A stretch of DNA of 64,000 bases from a virus (IMGVR_UViG_3300021979_000001:194948-258947), one strand, 5' to 3'. Shown: positions 8,978 through 19,299, counted from the first letter of the stretch. Notes: generated by a model not told the origin, from the letters alone. Numbers and translations: made by a program.

Positions 8978-10354
8978 ATGAAAAAAACAACGTGGTGTCC
9001 GCTTCCATGGTTACATATCGGTGTTCGGAACAATGGTGATTTGCGATTATGTTGTCACTCGAATACGGCCCCAGGAAAGGGTATTTATTTAAAAGACGAT
9101 GGGGTGACCGCGTATCGTGCAGATGATCCGGGTGCTATTGAAGCTGCCAGAAATTCACAATTGGCGAAAGATGTAAGAAAAACAATGATGTCTGGGGAAT
9201 GGCACCCAAGTTGTATTCGGTGTCAGCGGGAAGATGAAGCAAATCTCAATAGTCGTCGTCAATATGAAACAGAATTGTGGGCACCCGCGTTAACCGAAGA
9301 TCAATGTGCAACAATTACCGACACCGATGGCACACTGGACGTATCCAAGTCACCCCTGCGATATATTGATTTGCGCCTGGGTAATTTATGCAATCTTAAA
9401 TGTCGGATGTGCGGACCGACGGACAGTTCAATGTGGTATGACGATCTACCAGAGCAGGCAGATGGTTCAAAACAGTTCAATGATTCACATGGTGCGGTCC
9501 AGCTTATCCGTAATAATAAGGGTGGATGGATTGCTGCCAACAATGATTATGACTGGCCGCAGAACCAACAATTTTGGGATGATTTCAAGAAAAATATTTC
9601 TGCATTGCGCTTTATCTATGTGGTGGGTGGTGAACCCTTCATGATAAAAGAACATTTTGAATTTCTGGAATATCTTATTTCAGAAGGGGTGTCAGAAAAA
9701 ATCGTTCTTGAATACAATACAAATGGTGTCGTTATTCCGGCACGGGCGGCTGATATTTGGGCAAAATTCAAGCGGGTTCGTATTGGAGTTTCGCTTGATG
9801 GTGTTGGGGAAATCAATGATTACGTCCGATACCCCGCAAAATGGACGCACATTAAGAAAAATTTACACCGCCTTGATGATACACCAGATAATATCGAAGT
9901 ATGGTCATCCTTAACCGTGCAGATTTATAATATCTACTATCTGGATCAGATTTTAGATGAATGGATTGTTATGAATACGCAAGAGTTTAAAAAAATCAAT
10001 GGGTTAAAGCGAAAAAAACCTATTACTACGTCACATGCGCTGCATGGACCGATTAATTTCAATATTCGGACGTTACCGTCAGAAATCAAAAATGCGATCA
10101 AAAATAAGTTTGATGATGCAGCTTCATCATTTGATGATCGTCATCCTGGGATTGATCCGAGATACAAGACTGCATATGTCGAAACACTGGATTCGTATAT
10201 CAAGTTTATGATGGCTGACGATGCGTATTCCCCCGAGAATTTTGCAAGTTTTTGGGCACAAACATGTGATTTGGACAAAAAACGTAACCAAAATTTTAGC
10301 AATACGTTTCCTGAATTTTATGACATCATTTGTCCATATTTAAAAGATAAATAA
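8978..10354 (+). CDS. radical SAM protein with N-terminal twitch/SPASM-like domain
   Basis: CPLPW...LRLCC...C.RC, then CNLKCRMC, GGEPF, YNTNG, SLDG...YVRYP. Confidence 0.9.
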   Translation: MKKTTWCPLPWLHIGVRNNGDLRLCCHSNTAPGKGIYLKDDGVTAYRADDPGAIEAARNSQLAKDVRKTMMSGEWHPSCIRCQREDEANLNSRRQYETELWAPALTEDQCATITDTDGTLDVSKSPLRYIDLRLGNLCNLKCRMCGPTDSSMWYDDLPEQADGSKQFNDSHGAVQLIRNNKGGWIAANNDYDWPQNQQFWDDFKKNISALRFIYVVGGEPFMIKEHFEFLEYLISEGVSEKIVLEYNTNGVVIPARAADIWAKFKRVRIGVSLDGVGEINDYVRYPAKWTHIKKNLHRLDDTPDNIEVWSSLTVQIYNIYYLDQILDEWIVMNTQEFKKINGLKRKKPITTSHALHGPINFNIRTLPSEIKNAIKNKFDDAASSFDDRHPGIDPRYKTAYVETLDSYIKFMMADDAYSPENFASFWAQTCDLDKKRNQNFSNTFPEFYDIICPYLKDK

Positions 10355-10408
10355 AATCGGTTCTGGATGAACTAATCTGGTGGACAACGGATTACATAAA
10401 ACTTTATA

Positions 10409-10440
10409 CCCCCGGCAAATGTTTTGTCGGGGTTTTTTTG
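10409..10440 (+). terminator. intrinsic terminator
   Basis: CCCCGGCAAA-loop-TTTGTCGGGG followed by T7. Confidence 0.75.
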
Positions 10441-10567
10441 TAATTTTTTACCAATCATAACCACATAAAATAAATCGACGTGGTGGGGTAAAATCGGGCC
10501 GTGTGCGATGGTTACGACGGTAGATTGATACTGGTTCCATTTTATCAGATACTCGCGTGTAGGGTCA

Positions 10568-10602
10568 AAAAAAAGGGCGGAACAATTGTTTCCACCCTTT
10601 TT
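10568..10602 (-). terminator. intrinsic (bidirectional) terminator
   Basis: A8-GGGCGGAA...TTCCACCC-T5. Confidence 0.65.
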
Positions 10603-10622
10603 AAATTATTGATATATGATAT

Positions 10623-11105
10623 TCAAACTTTACTGGTAATAATCCATTCGTCATTAATAAAAATCATGGAAATTGCGCCATTATCGGAATTTACGGTATA
10701 TGTTGATGCACCATCAATTGTTTCAGACCCATCGGGTGTGATTGTGATATTATCGGTGCCTGCGCCACCCCGATCTTTAATCACGAGATGTTTACCGGTG
10801 ATTCCCGGTGCAAGAGTAATGGTTGTTCCACCACTGGCCGGAGTTACGATAACGTAGTTTGTATCGGAATTGAGAGTATGTGTGGATGTAGATACCGTTT
10901 CAAGAATTAAATCGGTTTCGATTAGTGTCCACCCAGTTGCTCTACGAAAGAAAAGCGCGGGGGACGTTCCGTGTTTTATATAAATATCACCGTTATTGCC
11001 AAGCCCGATAAGAGGGACATTTGCACCTTGATGCACCGTCGGGCCATTTTTACCAATAGAAAATGATGCGGCCATCGTTCCTGAAATATTATGTTTAACC
11101 TGCAT
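10623..11105 (-). CDS. putative virion structural protein (fibre/baseplate-type beta domain)
   Basis: TITL.P...G....IKD..G.....ITI.P.G.ETIDG pattern; perfect TATAAATA upstream. Confidence 0.6.
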   Translation of the reverse strand: MQVKHNISGTMAASFSIGKNGPTVHQGANVPLIGLGNNGDIYIKHGTSPALFFRRATGWTLIETDLILETVSTSTHTLNSDTNYVIVTPASGGTTITLAPGITGKHLVIKDRGGAGTDNITITPDGSETIDGASTYTVNSDNGAISMIFINDEWIITSKV

Positions 11106-11130
11106 AAGCTATATTCCTTAATAGATTGTC

Positions 11131-11138
11131 TATTTATA
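11131..11138 (-). promoter_or_regulatory. T4-type late promoter TATAAATA
   Basis: TATTTATA on +, 25 nt upstream of the 11105 start; gp55-like sigma factor in the window. Confidence 0.7.
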
Positions 11139-11234
11139 ACGAGTGAATATTTCGTTTCTCGCTTGAATATAAAAAACATAGCATATGATGGCAATTGCCT
11201 GGTAATTTAAAATCACCAGGCAACGATAATTATG

Positions 11235-11873
11235 CTATTTATAGGTGTCTGCCTTAAATTTCTGGTGGTAGTCAATGCCCTTTTTATGGGGCAGGTTAAA
11301 CACATTCCGCATCATATTCACAAATAACATGCCTTGTTCTAACGCATCGTCTACTGCAATATGGGTGTGTGGCAAGCGTTCTTTCCATTTTTGCGGGACT
11401 GTTTTTTTGACCGCACTTGAAAACGGTGAGATGTGTTTTTGTGACCATATGATGCTTTTCATGTCTACTACACTGGAAAACCCAAACGGGTTTTTTCCAT
11501 AAAAATGATGGAAATAATAATCAATCCATTTAAAATCATAAATGGCCGGATACCCTGCAAACACCGCTTTGGCATTTGATAATTTTTCCATTTCGCAAAT
11601 CCATGTCGCATAATCATGCATTGCGATACTTGGTAAAACCGGGTTAATTCTGGTTTCCGCATATGCCACGGGATTATTATTCCAGAATTTGGTAGTATCC
11701 GGGGAAGGGGTGGCATTTGGAAGAAGATCGAGATTTCGGGAAAATGAACCAATCACCGTTTTGTCAATGGTAACGGCGACTGATCCGAAACTCAACATGC
11801 TACTAAGTCCGGGAAATTTGCCATCAGCCTCAATGTCGGTGCTGATGAAAACGTTGTGCGTTATGTTGGTCAT
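11235..11873 (-). CDS. DEDDh 3'-5' exo(ribo)nuclease
   Basis: STDIEADG, YDF.W, HTHIAVDDA. Confidence 0.85.
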   Translation of the reverse strand: MTNITHNVFISTDIEADGKFPGLSSMLSFGSVAVTIDKTVIGSFSRNLDLLPNATPSPDTTKFWNNNPVAYAETRINPVLPSIAMHDYATWICEMEKLSNAKAVFAGYPAIYDFKWIDYYFHHFYGKNPFGFSSVVDMKSIIWSQKHISPFSSAVKKTVPQKWKERLPHTHIAVDDALEQGMLFVNMMRNVFNLPHKKGIDYHQKFKADTYK

Positions 11874-11941
11874 GTATGATCCTTTTAATAAGTGGATAAC
11901 GTCGTTGACAATTAAAAAATAATGTATTTTATGATATTTGT

Positions 11942-12484
11942 ATGATAGTTCTGTATTTCATAATTTGGAAAACACGTATCATGATAGATCATAATACTAA
12001 TATAACTTGCCAAATACAAGTGAATGGGAAGTCTCTCGATGAAAACCGTGATGACAATGACGGATCACTGGTTATCACGGCATGCCAGAACACGGAGTTC
12101 AGCGTATTTGTGGCGAATGATGCAGATCATGACCGAGAAATTGCCATAGCAATTGATGGGGTGTCAATCATTGATGGATGTATTTTCGATAATAATAGTG
12201 AAGGTTACATTTTACGGGCACACCACACAATGGTGATACCCGGTTGGCTCATTGATCAGAATAATTCACAGGGATTTGTTTTTGGGCCAAATAATGCCAT
12301 TATCAACATCATGGTTTATAATGGCACGATAGAACGACCTGTTGCTCATTCGGATCAATTATGTGGATCGTCATTTAATCATAGCCGGACATACGGCAAG
12401 AATAAATCATTTCCGCTTAATCGTATCGAGTTCGAACGTGGTGAATTGGTTGGGACATACGTAATAAAGGTATTTTCCTCATAA
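11942..12484 (+). CDS. hypothetical protein (start probably 11981)
   Basis: beta-rich ORF with IDG.SIIDG...GYIL...IPGW. Confidence 0.6.
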   Translation: MIVLYFIIWKTRIMIDHNTNITCQIQVNGKSLDENRDDNDGSLVITACQNTEFSVFVANDADHDREIAIAIDGVSIIDGCIFDNNSEGYILRAHHTMVIPGWLIDQNNSQGFVFGPNNAIINIMVYNGTIERPVAHSDQLCGSSFNHSRTYGKNKSFPLNRIEFERGELVGTYVIKVFSS

Positions 12485-12491
12485 TTATTAA

Positions 12492-13055
12492 TTAAATCCA
12501 CTGAATGATTGGACCAGAACCTTTGTAATCGTGATCCCACACGAACCATGCAAATGCGATCATACCGGAATTTTTCATTTTGATACCATTACGTGTCATG
12601 GTTAATCGTTTTGAAAAAACATGCACTGATGCAAGTGGGGTATTTTCGAACATGGTTTTTCTTTTCCCACCTTCTAAAAACGCCAGTTTGCACAACATGG
12701 CAACTTTTCCGGTAGTCAATGATAAGGAATGCTCAACAAATTGTTGCGCCAGGGTGTAAGGCGGGTTTGTTATGATATTGTCGAATTTTTTATCAGATGT
12801 CAGAAAATCAATTCCGGTATCACCATAACCACGATCAATCAAATCGCTGGAAAACACTTGATGACCCTTTTCAATAAGCAAATTACTAATTGCGCCGTCA
12901 CCGCATGCTGGTTCCCAAATGGTTCCAGTAAAGGTTTCTCGTGACAATAAACCTAACGTTGCTTCGGGTGGGGTAGGATAAAAATCATTTTCGGGACGGC
13001 CAGTTGAGGTTCCAACTAAACTTCTTGCTCGTTTTAGGCGATTTTCTGTATTCAT
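12492..13055 (-). CDS. DNA amino-methyltransferase
   Basis: DFYPTP, WEPACGDG (motif I), TNPPY (motif IV). Confidence 0.88.
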   Translation of the reverse strand: MNTENRLKRARSLVGTSTGRPENDFYPTPPEATLGLLSRETFTGTIWEPACGDGAISNLLIEKGHQVFSSDLIDRGYGDTGIDFLTSDKKFDNIITNPPYTLAQQFVEHSLSLTTGKVAMLCKLAFLEGGKRKTMFENTPLASVHVFSKRLTMTRNGIKMKNSGMIAFAWFVWDHDYKGSGPIIQWI

Positions 13056-13171
13056 TGGTTGCTTTCATAAAAAATATGTTCAGGGAACAGTATTTTTATT
13101 TAGCTAACCTATTGTTAACCCACTCTTTTTAAAAAAGATCACTTTTTTTTAAAAAAATGGTGTTTTTTATA

Positions 13172-13200
13172 TTGACGATCCGGCCTCAAACCGTTAAGTT
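13172..13200 (+). promoter_or_regulatory. sigma70-like promoter
   Basis: TTGACG-N17-TAAGTT upstream of the ParB-like gene. Confidence 0.55.
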
Positions 13201-13259
13201 ACATCTATCGGCGGACAACACAGTCACCGACTAAACATTAAAATGTAGGAACAAAAATC

Positions 13260-14174
13260 ATGACCGATTTTATCAAAAATCTCAAAGCCGAAGCGGAAAC
13301 CATCGTCGCCCGTGGCGACAAAAACCTTAAGAAAATGTCTTCTGGTCGTTCTGACATGTTCAAGGTGAACCCGTTTCTGTTGACCGTCGAACCGGGCTGG
13401 AACAGCCGGGAAGTGGATGCGCCGGGATACGATGCTGCAATTCGCGAACTGGCCCAGCAGATTGCTGATCAGGGTGTCCTCAAACCCCTGATGGTCAAGG
13501 TTTCTTCGGATGGCAAATTGGTGGTTCGTGATGGTCATCGTCGCCTTGCTGCAACAATGATCGCCATCAATGAACTCGGTGCCGAAATTCTGACTGTTCC
13601 GGCTCTGCCGGTTGATCGTAATTCGAACGCCGCCGACGAACTGTTCATCCAGATCACCTCAAACTCGGCTGAAAAGCTGACCGCCTTTGAAATGGCAAAG
13701 GTTTTCAAGCGCCTGATTGGCTTTGGCTGGACCGAAGCACAGATTGCACAGAAAGCTGGCGTAACCCCGCAGACTGTTGCAAACACTTTGGTTCTGATGG
13801 CGATGCCGGTGCCGGTGCAGAAGATGATTGTGGCAAAGACCGTTTCTCCAACTCTTGCCCGCCAGGTCTTCAATGCAACTGGTCAGGATGCGGATGCTAC
13901 CGTTGCCGAATTGACCAATGCTGCTGTAACCGCCGCCGAAGCCGGTAAGGAAACGATCACCGCAAAGCACCTTGCCGATGATGGCGCAGCATCGGATGTC
14001 AAATACGTCAGCCCGAAGAAAGCGGCCAAAAAAGCAAAAGCCACCGTTAACGTGGCTACTGAAATGAAGGCAGTATTCGATGCTGCAACCATCGACAATT
14101 CCGGCGAACGTGATGTTGTCGTAACCTTCTCGATTGCCGAATTTGAAAAGGTCAAAGAACTTCTGGCTCTGTAA
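13260..14174 (+). CDS. ParB/Srx-domain protein with HTH
   Basis: GVLKPL.V...VRDGHRRL arginine patch; GWTEAQIAQKAGVT..TV HTH. Confidence 0.85.
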   Translation: MTDFIKNLKAEAETIVARGDKNLKKMSSGRSDMFKVNPFLLTVEPGWNSREVDAPGYDAAIRELAQQIADQGVLKPLMVKVSSDGKLVVRDGHRRLAATMIAINELGAEILTVPALPVDRNSNAADELFIQITSNSAEKLTAFEMAKVFKRLIGFGWTEAQIAQKAGVTPQTVANTLVLMAMPVPVQKMIVAKTVSPTLARQVFNATGQDADATVAELTNAAVTAAEAGKETITAKHLADDGAASDVKYVSPKKAAKKAKATVNVATEMKAVFDAATIDNSGERDVVVTFSIAEFEKVKELLAL

Positions 14175-14196
14175 ATCAAAACCGATGCCGAAACAT

Positions 14197-14228
14197 AGGC
14201 GGGGTTCGTTATGAACCTCGCCTTTTTC
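14197..14228 (+). terminator. intrinsic terminator
   Basis: AGGCGGGGTTC-loop-GAACCTCGCCT followed by T-tract. Confidence 0.8.
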
Positions 14229-14236
14229 TATAAATA
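14229..14236 (+). promoter_or_regulatory. T4-type late promoter TATAAATA
   Basis: perfect match upstream of 14314/14527. Confidence 0.55.
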
Positions 14237-14313
14237 GTCTACTAATAATTATCATTTGACAAATAAATGTTACCGAATAGAATATAATCAACCTTTTTGG
14301 TGGGAAATTAAAA

Positions 14314-14514
14314 ATGATTATCAGTGAATTTGACTATAACCAACTTCTGGTTATTAATATTGCGGGTGAACGGTCATCCAATTATGATCGTCGAATTTCG
14401 ATAATTGAATTTGAAGTAAAACGCAAAGCACGAATGATGGGCATTACGAATGATGTCATCATTTTCGAAGCAATTGAAAAATTAATTAAAAAAGAACGAA
14501 AAACTGTTCATTAA
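14314..14514 (+). CDS. hypothetical protein
   Basis: 66-aa ORF behind promoters. Confidence 0.55.
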   Translation: MIISEFDYNQLLVINIAGERSSNYDRRISIIEFEVKRKARMMGITNDVIIFEAIEKLIKKERKTVH

Positions 14515-14526
14515 AACGGAAACCGA

Positions 14527-15216
14527 ATGCGATACAATGATTTAATTGAAGATGCCACTAACGATATGGGCGCACGGGATCAAATTCGATCTGTTATCAG
14601 ACGATTGATCAAAGTGATGCCATCATTTTCGGAATTTCATATTGGTGAATTGTCATCACCCAAAGGGTCATTGAAAATTCCGTATTTGACAATGAAAGAA
14701 ATGGGGTTTTCCGATTTCACTGATCTTGCTATTGGGACAATTGACGTTTCTGATGACATTGGGGTTTTTATGAAAATTCCAGATGACAGAAACGTAAATA
14801 TTCCCGCAGTCAATATGCTGTTGATCACGGCTAAGCCCGATGCCACCCCAAGTCAGGTGGCACAATCAATTCGGAAATTACCATATACGGTAATCCATGA
14901 ACTGGTGCATTATCAGGATTTAAAGCGTAAAAAAGGAAAAACTGTTAGTGCAACAAGTAATACTGATATGTCGGCATCCGATTATTTCAATCATTCATTT
15001 GAACTGAATGCCTATTATCATGAAGGTATTGCCAGGATGGAAGATAATCAAAATTTCATGGCAATGACTGATATGGAGTTTACTGACTTTATTAAGTTTT
15101 CATTTCGGTTTTTTGAACGGGATTGGTTGCAACATCTTTCAGATGATAACAGAAAACGATTGATTAAACGGTTGTTTTCATTATGGCAATCATACCAAAA
15201 TACAAATCCTGCGTAA
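14527..15216 (+). CDS. putative zincin metallopeptidase
   Basis: VIHELVH (HExxH) plus YF....ELNAY third-ligand motif. Confidence 0.6.
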   Translation: MRYNDLIEDATNDMGARDQIRSVIRRLIKVMPSFSEFHIGELSSPKGSLKIPYLTMKEMGFSDFTDLAIGTIDVSDDIGVFMKIPDDRNVNIPAVNMLLITAKPDATPSQVAQSIRKLPYTVIHELVHYQDLKRKKGKTVSATSNTDMSASDYFNHSFELNAYYHEGIARMEDNQNFMAMTDMEFTDFIKFSFRFFERDWLQHLSDDNRKRLIKRLFSLWQSYQNTNPA

Positions 15217-15322
15217 CCTGTTCCATTTTGACATAGCTGAAATGCTGCACATGCACAATGAATTCAGTGATTGATTAGGTAAATAGTAATAACAAATCGT
15301 TGTTACTGAATGGATTCCTAAG

Positions 15323-15421
15323 ATGGTTATGAATTTTTTGCGGCGCATCATGCGTCGATATATTGACGCACGTATGGCCCAAGTAAAGTATAAAATCTCA
15401 CATGGTGGATGGATAGTATGA
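15323..15421 (+). CDS. 32-aa small protein (not in ORF track)
   Basis: MVMNFLRRIMRRYIDARMAQVKYKISHGGWIV; ATGA overlap with next ORF. Confidence 0.5.
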   Translation: MVMNFLRRIMRRYIDARMAQVKYKISHGGWIV

Positions 15422-15585
15422 AAGATTTTTTGAAAAAGTTAAATGAAGCATGGAAAAGATTTCTGAAATGGAACAGCATGTCGGATGAAGAACGGTATTT
15501 GTCCAAGGCAGTTGACCTTGCCGACCTTGAAGAACGTCAACGACGTATCATTTACGGTCCTACTTCATCCTGGCGTTCATATTAA
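15418..15585 (+). CDS. DUF3563-like small protein, 55 aa (not in ORF track)
   Basis: EERYLSKAVDLADLEERQRRI matches the E.YL..A.D..DLE.R.R pattern; terminator follows. Confidence 0.75.
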   Translation: MKDFLKKLNEAWKRFLKWNSMSDEERYLSKAVDLADLEERQRRIIYGPTSSWRSY

Positions 15586-15604
15586 TAATGCTCGTTGTCC
15601 AAAG

Positions 15605-15639
15605 AAACCCACTGATTCTGCGAATTGGTGGGTTTTTTA
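15605..15639 (+). terminator. intrinsic terminator
   Basis: AAACCCACTGATTC-TGC-GAATTGGTGGGTTT followed by TTT. Confidence 0.75.
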
Positions 15640-15888
15640 TTTCAAAATTGGTTTTTCGGTTTCACATGTAACCGAATAATCAGTTGCCCGCCGAATGGTT
15701 CCGGTGTTATCCGCCAGTCCATATATATGCTGCCCAAAACCAGTTTCGATTTTTTGTTCATAGGTATCGGCTATATCCGGGCACGACAATGGCGGTAAGG
15801 GACCAAAAAATGCAACCACCATCCCGGCAAGGTAAATCGTTAAAAACATCATGTATCCCAAAAAATAGTTGATCCTGCATATTAGCAT
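15637..15888 (-). CDS. hypothetical membrane protein
   Basis: N-terminal hydrophobic segment. Confidence 0.45.
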   Translation of the reverse strand: MLICRINYFLGYMMFLTIYLAGMVVAFFGPLPPLSCPDIADTYEQKIETGFGQHIYGLADNTGTIRRATDYSVTCETEKPILK

Positions 15889-15994
15889 ACCCCTATATGG
15901 GTGTCATTAAACTTTTTTCCACGAAAATATTGCAATTGTTAGGCCACTGGTGGTAATTTGATGAAATACCATTTATACAGGAACACTTACAATA

Positions 15995-16387
15995 ATGACT
16001 CCTTCAAAATTTGCACATCCCTTTGATAGCGTTAAAGAATTTCATAGTTCGTTTGGGGTAACCAATCAAACATCCCCATCATTTCCAAATGCAACCACTC
16101 GCGAATTGCGGCAGCGTTTGCTATTGGAAGAATATAACGAATATTGTGAAGCAGAACAGCAAAATGATTTGGTTGAAGTAGCAGATGCCCTGGCGGATAT
16201 GATCTATATTATTTGCGGAACTGCCGATATTTACGGCATCCCACTTGATGAAATTTTCGCCGAAGTGCATAGATCGAATATGTCAAAGTTGGATAAAAAC
16301 GGGTTACCGATTTATCGGGAAGATGGAAAAATTCTTAAAGGGCCAAATTATTTTCGGCCAAACATTACACAGTTTATTGAAAAGTGA
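15995..16387 (+). CDS. MazG-like NTP pyrophosphohydrolase
   Basis: V.EFH..F, LLLEEYNE, EVADALAD, EVHRSNMSK, REDGKILKGPNY. Confidence 0.92.
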   Translation: MTPSKFAHPFDSVKEFHSSFGVTNQTSPSFPNATTRELRQRLLLEEYNEYCEAEQQNDLVEVADALADMIYIICGTADIYGIPLDEIFAEVHRSNMSKLDKNGLPIYREDGKILKGPNYFRPNITQFIEK

Positions 16388-16431
16388 TTGTTTCTAAATA
16401 ACCATGAAACATATGATTACAGGGTAATGAG

Positions 16432-16776
16432 ATGATATTTCATGATATTAATTACAGCACATGGTCTGATGAAGCACTCATGAACAAGGTGTTAGAACTT
16501 AACAAGCATTTAAATAATTGTTATGGCAATGATTTATTGCAGTATCAAATCATGGTTATGTTAGAAACTGTTCAGATTGAACAACATGATCGGGCGTTAA
16601 AGTCTCGATTTGATATGGAACAAAAGATGAACAGTAGTTCGATTATGATAGAAACCGATCCATCGATGTCGGAAAAACCAACAGAACTTGAAAGCGAAAC
16701 GCAAAAAAATAAATCAAAACGCCCGGTTCCATTTAAAATGACCAAAACACCGGTAAAACCATCAAATAACAAATGA
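16432..16776 (+). CDS. hypothetical protein
   Basis: 114-aa ORF after TAAATA at 16395. Confidence 0.7.
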   Translation: MIFHDINYSTWSDEALMNKVLELNKHLNNCYGNDLLQYQIMVMLETVQIEQHDRALKSRFDMEQKMNSSSIMIETDPSMSEKPTELESETQKNKSKRPVPFKMTKTPVKPSNNK

Positions 16777-16784
16777 TTTAAGGA

Positions 16785-17609
<825 letters not shown>

Positions 17610-17671
17610 TTTAACTATAAGGGCAACATGACAATGATGTGTTGCCCTTATAAAACCACGAACGAGACAGC

Positions 17672-18205
17672 ATGAAAACGATAAACCGAACAATTGATGA
17701 ATGGGGGAGAACGATTCTTTCACCTGATGCGGTGTTTGAATTAATGTATAATGGGCGGGTGGATTACGATACCATTCTAGTTGAAGATCACGACGAGATT
17801 AATCAATACAACACCATGTGTAAAACATTTGACCGGGAAAACATGTGCCTGGCAACACCAGAGCCAATGCCGCATACCCCGGATGAAGAATTCCAGGAAC
17901 GGAACCAAACATGGATGATCGACGACTATATTAAGGATATTCCAATTCGGGATTTTCTTATTACCATGTGCAAAGATGACGAACAAAGAGATCGGGTCCA
18001 TCATGAAATGGATTTGTTCGAAGAACGAAACTTGGTTCCGTTGTTGCAGTTAATGATATATTTGGTTGACCATTTTCGCACAAATAACATTGTTTGGGGC
18101 GTTGGGCGAGGATCGAGTGTTGCGTCATTCTGTCTTTTTTTAATTGGTGTCCATAAGATTAATCCCATAAAATATGGTCTGGATGTGCATGATTTTCTGA
18201 AATAG
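17672..18205 (+). CDS. DNA polymerase III alpha (DnaE) fragment
   Basis: RV..EM.L...WGVGRGSSVAS...FLIG...INPIKYGL...FL. Confidence 0.85.
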   Translation: MKTINRTIDEWGRTILSPDAVFELMYNGRVDYDTILVEDHDEINQYNTMCKTFDRENMCLATPEPMPHTPDEEFQERNQTWMIDDYIKDIPIRDFLITMCKDDEQRDRVHHEMDLFEERNLVPLLQLMIYLVDHFRTNNIVWGVGRGSSVASFCLFLIGVHKINPIKYGLDVHDFLK

Positions 18206-18269
18206 GTTTGGACAAAACACCAAAATACCAGTTATTATCCGGCTAAACACGAGCAGATGGCACAAAATT

Positions 18270-18509
18270 ATGGAACAACGAAAAATTGAAAGCTATTACT
18301 TTCTGATCAGACGCGGAACAACTCCCGCATGGTCCATGACAGATTGGATTAAATTTAGAAAGTGGATAGACGATAATGCACCAACAACGACGGTCTGCAT
18401 AGATACCAATAAAGTAGAAATCATATTTGATAATGAAAATGATGCCACATTATTTGTCTTGCGATGGGGTGACACTTTTCCAATAGATCAATATCATTCC
18501 AACGTATGA
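18270..18509 (+). CDS. hypothetical protein (C-terminal motif family)
   Basis: IIFDNENDATLFVLRWG. Confidence 0.7.
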   Translation: MEQRKIESYYFLIRRGTTPAWSMTDWIKFRKWIDDNAPTTTVCIDTNKVEIIFDNENDATLFVLRWGDTFPIDQYHSNV

Positions 18510-18516
18510 GGCAGAT

Positions 18517-18801
18517 ATGTCATATTTTAGATTACGTGAACCAGATATTACTGCGTTGATCAAAAACACACCGGAATTTGCTAGTGATCCAAAAATTGTT
18601 ATCAACCATGTTTCAATTTCATACCGGTGGGACATGCACAAATATATTGCCCCGGTTGAAAATTACTATGATGAATTGAAAATAATTGGGAGTTGGATAG
18701 ATTGTAATATCACTGGGCCATGGTCATATGGTTTGGAATTGGGTGACTTCATTTTTTTACAAGATGAAGAATTAATGCTTTTCATGTTATGTTGGAAATA
18801 A
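18517..18801 (+). CDS. hypothetical protein (C-terminal motif family)
   Basis: FIFLQDEELMLFMLCWK. Confidence 0.7.
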   Translation: MSYFRLREPDITALIKNTPEFASDPKIVINHVSISYRWDMHKYIAPVENYYDELKIIGSWIDCNITGPWSYGLELGDFIFLQDEELMLFMLCWK

Positions 18802-18804
18802 TAA

Positions 18805-19299
18805 ATGGCAGATAATTCACATTTGTTTCCGTCTTTATATCAAATAATTGGCGCAATTGGTGGAAATATGGAAGAAACATATTTAATCAATTTGCTGGAT
18901 ACACTTGATCATGCATCAAACAATAAACAAGTTACTAATGATGCCAATAATTCGTTATTACCACCAAGAGTTATTGATAATTCAACTATCGAAATGTTGA
19001 ATGACAATGTTCGCGATATTATTGATAATACTATCATTAATGTTAATTCATATGATGGAGTTCGAGTTGCACTGGCACGCCTGGAAAATGCAAGACTAAA
19101 CAATACAGCATCGGCATTCGCATATCTGGTAATACAAGCATATATTGGATTAGTCGAAGAAGTGTCATTAGATACATTATTTGAAAATGAATTAAATATT
19201 GTTGAAGTCTCTAAACACTTGACTGACCAACTAAAAGTTGTTGCTGACGAACGCCAGGGTAATGCAACACTTTCGCAAGTAATTAACAATGATAAATAA
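18805..19299 (+). CDS. hypothetical protein
   Basis: 164-aa ORF in operon. Confidence 0.65.
   Translation: MADNSHLFPSLYQIIGAIGGNMEETYLINLLDTLDHASNNKQVTNDANNSLLPPRVIDNSTIEMLNDNVRDIIDNTIINVNSYDGVRVALARLENARLNNTASAFAYLVIQAYIGLVEEVSLDTLFENELNIVEVSKHLTDQLKVVADERQGNATLSQVINNDK

Noticed and set aside
13224-14291. Long antisense ORFs over the ParB-like gene (likewise over capsid, scaffold and tape-measure genes)
   Set aside because: Shadow ORFs expected from codon bias of the real genes; no RBS or recognisable motifs.
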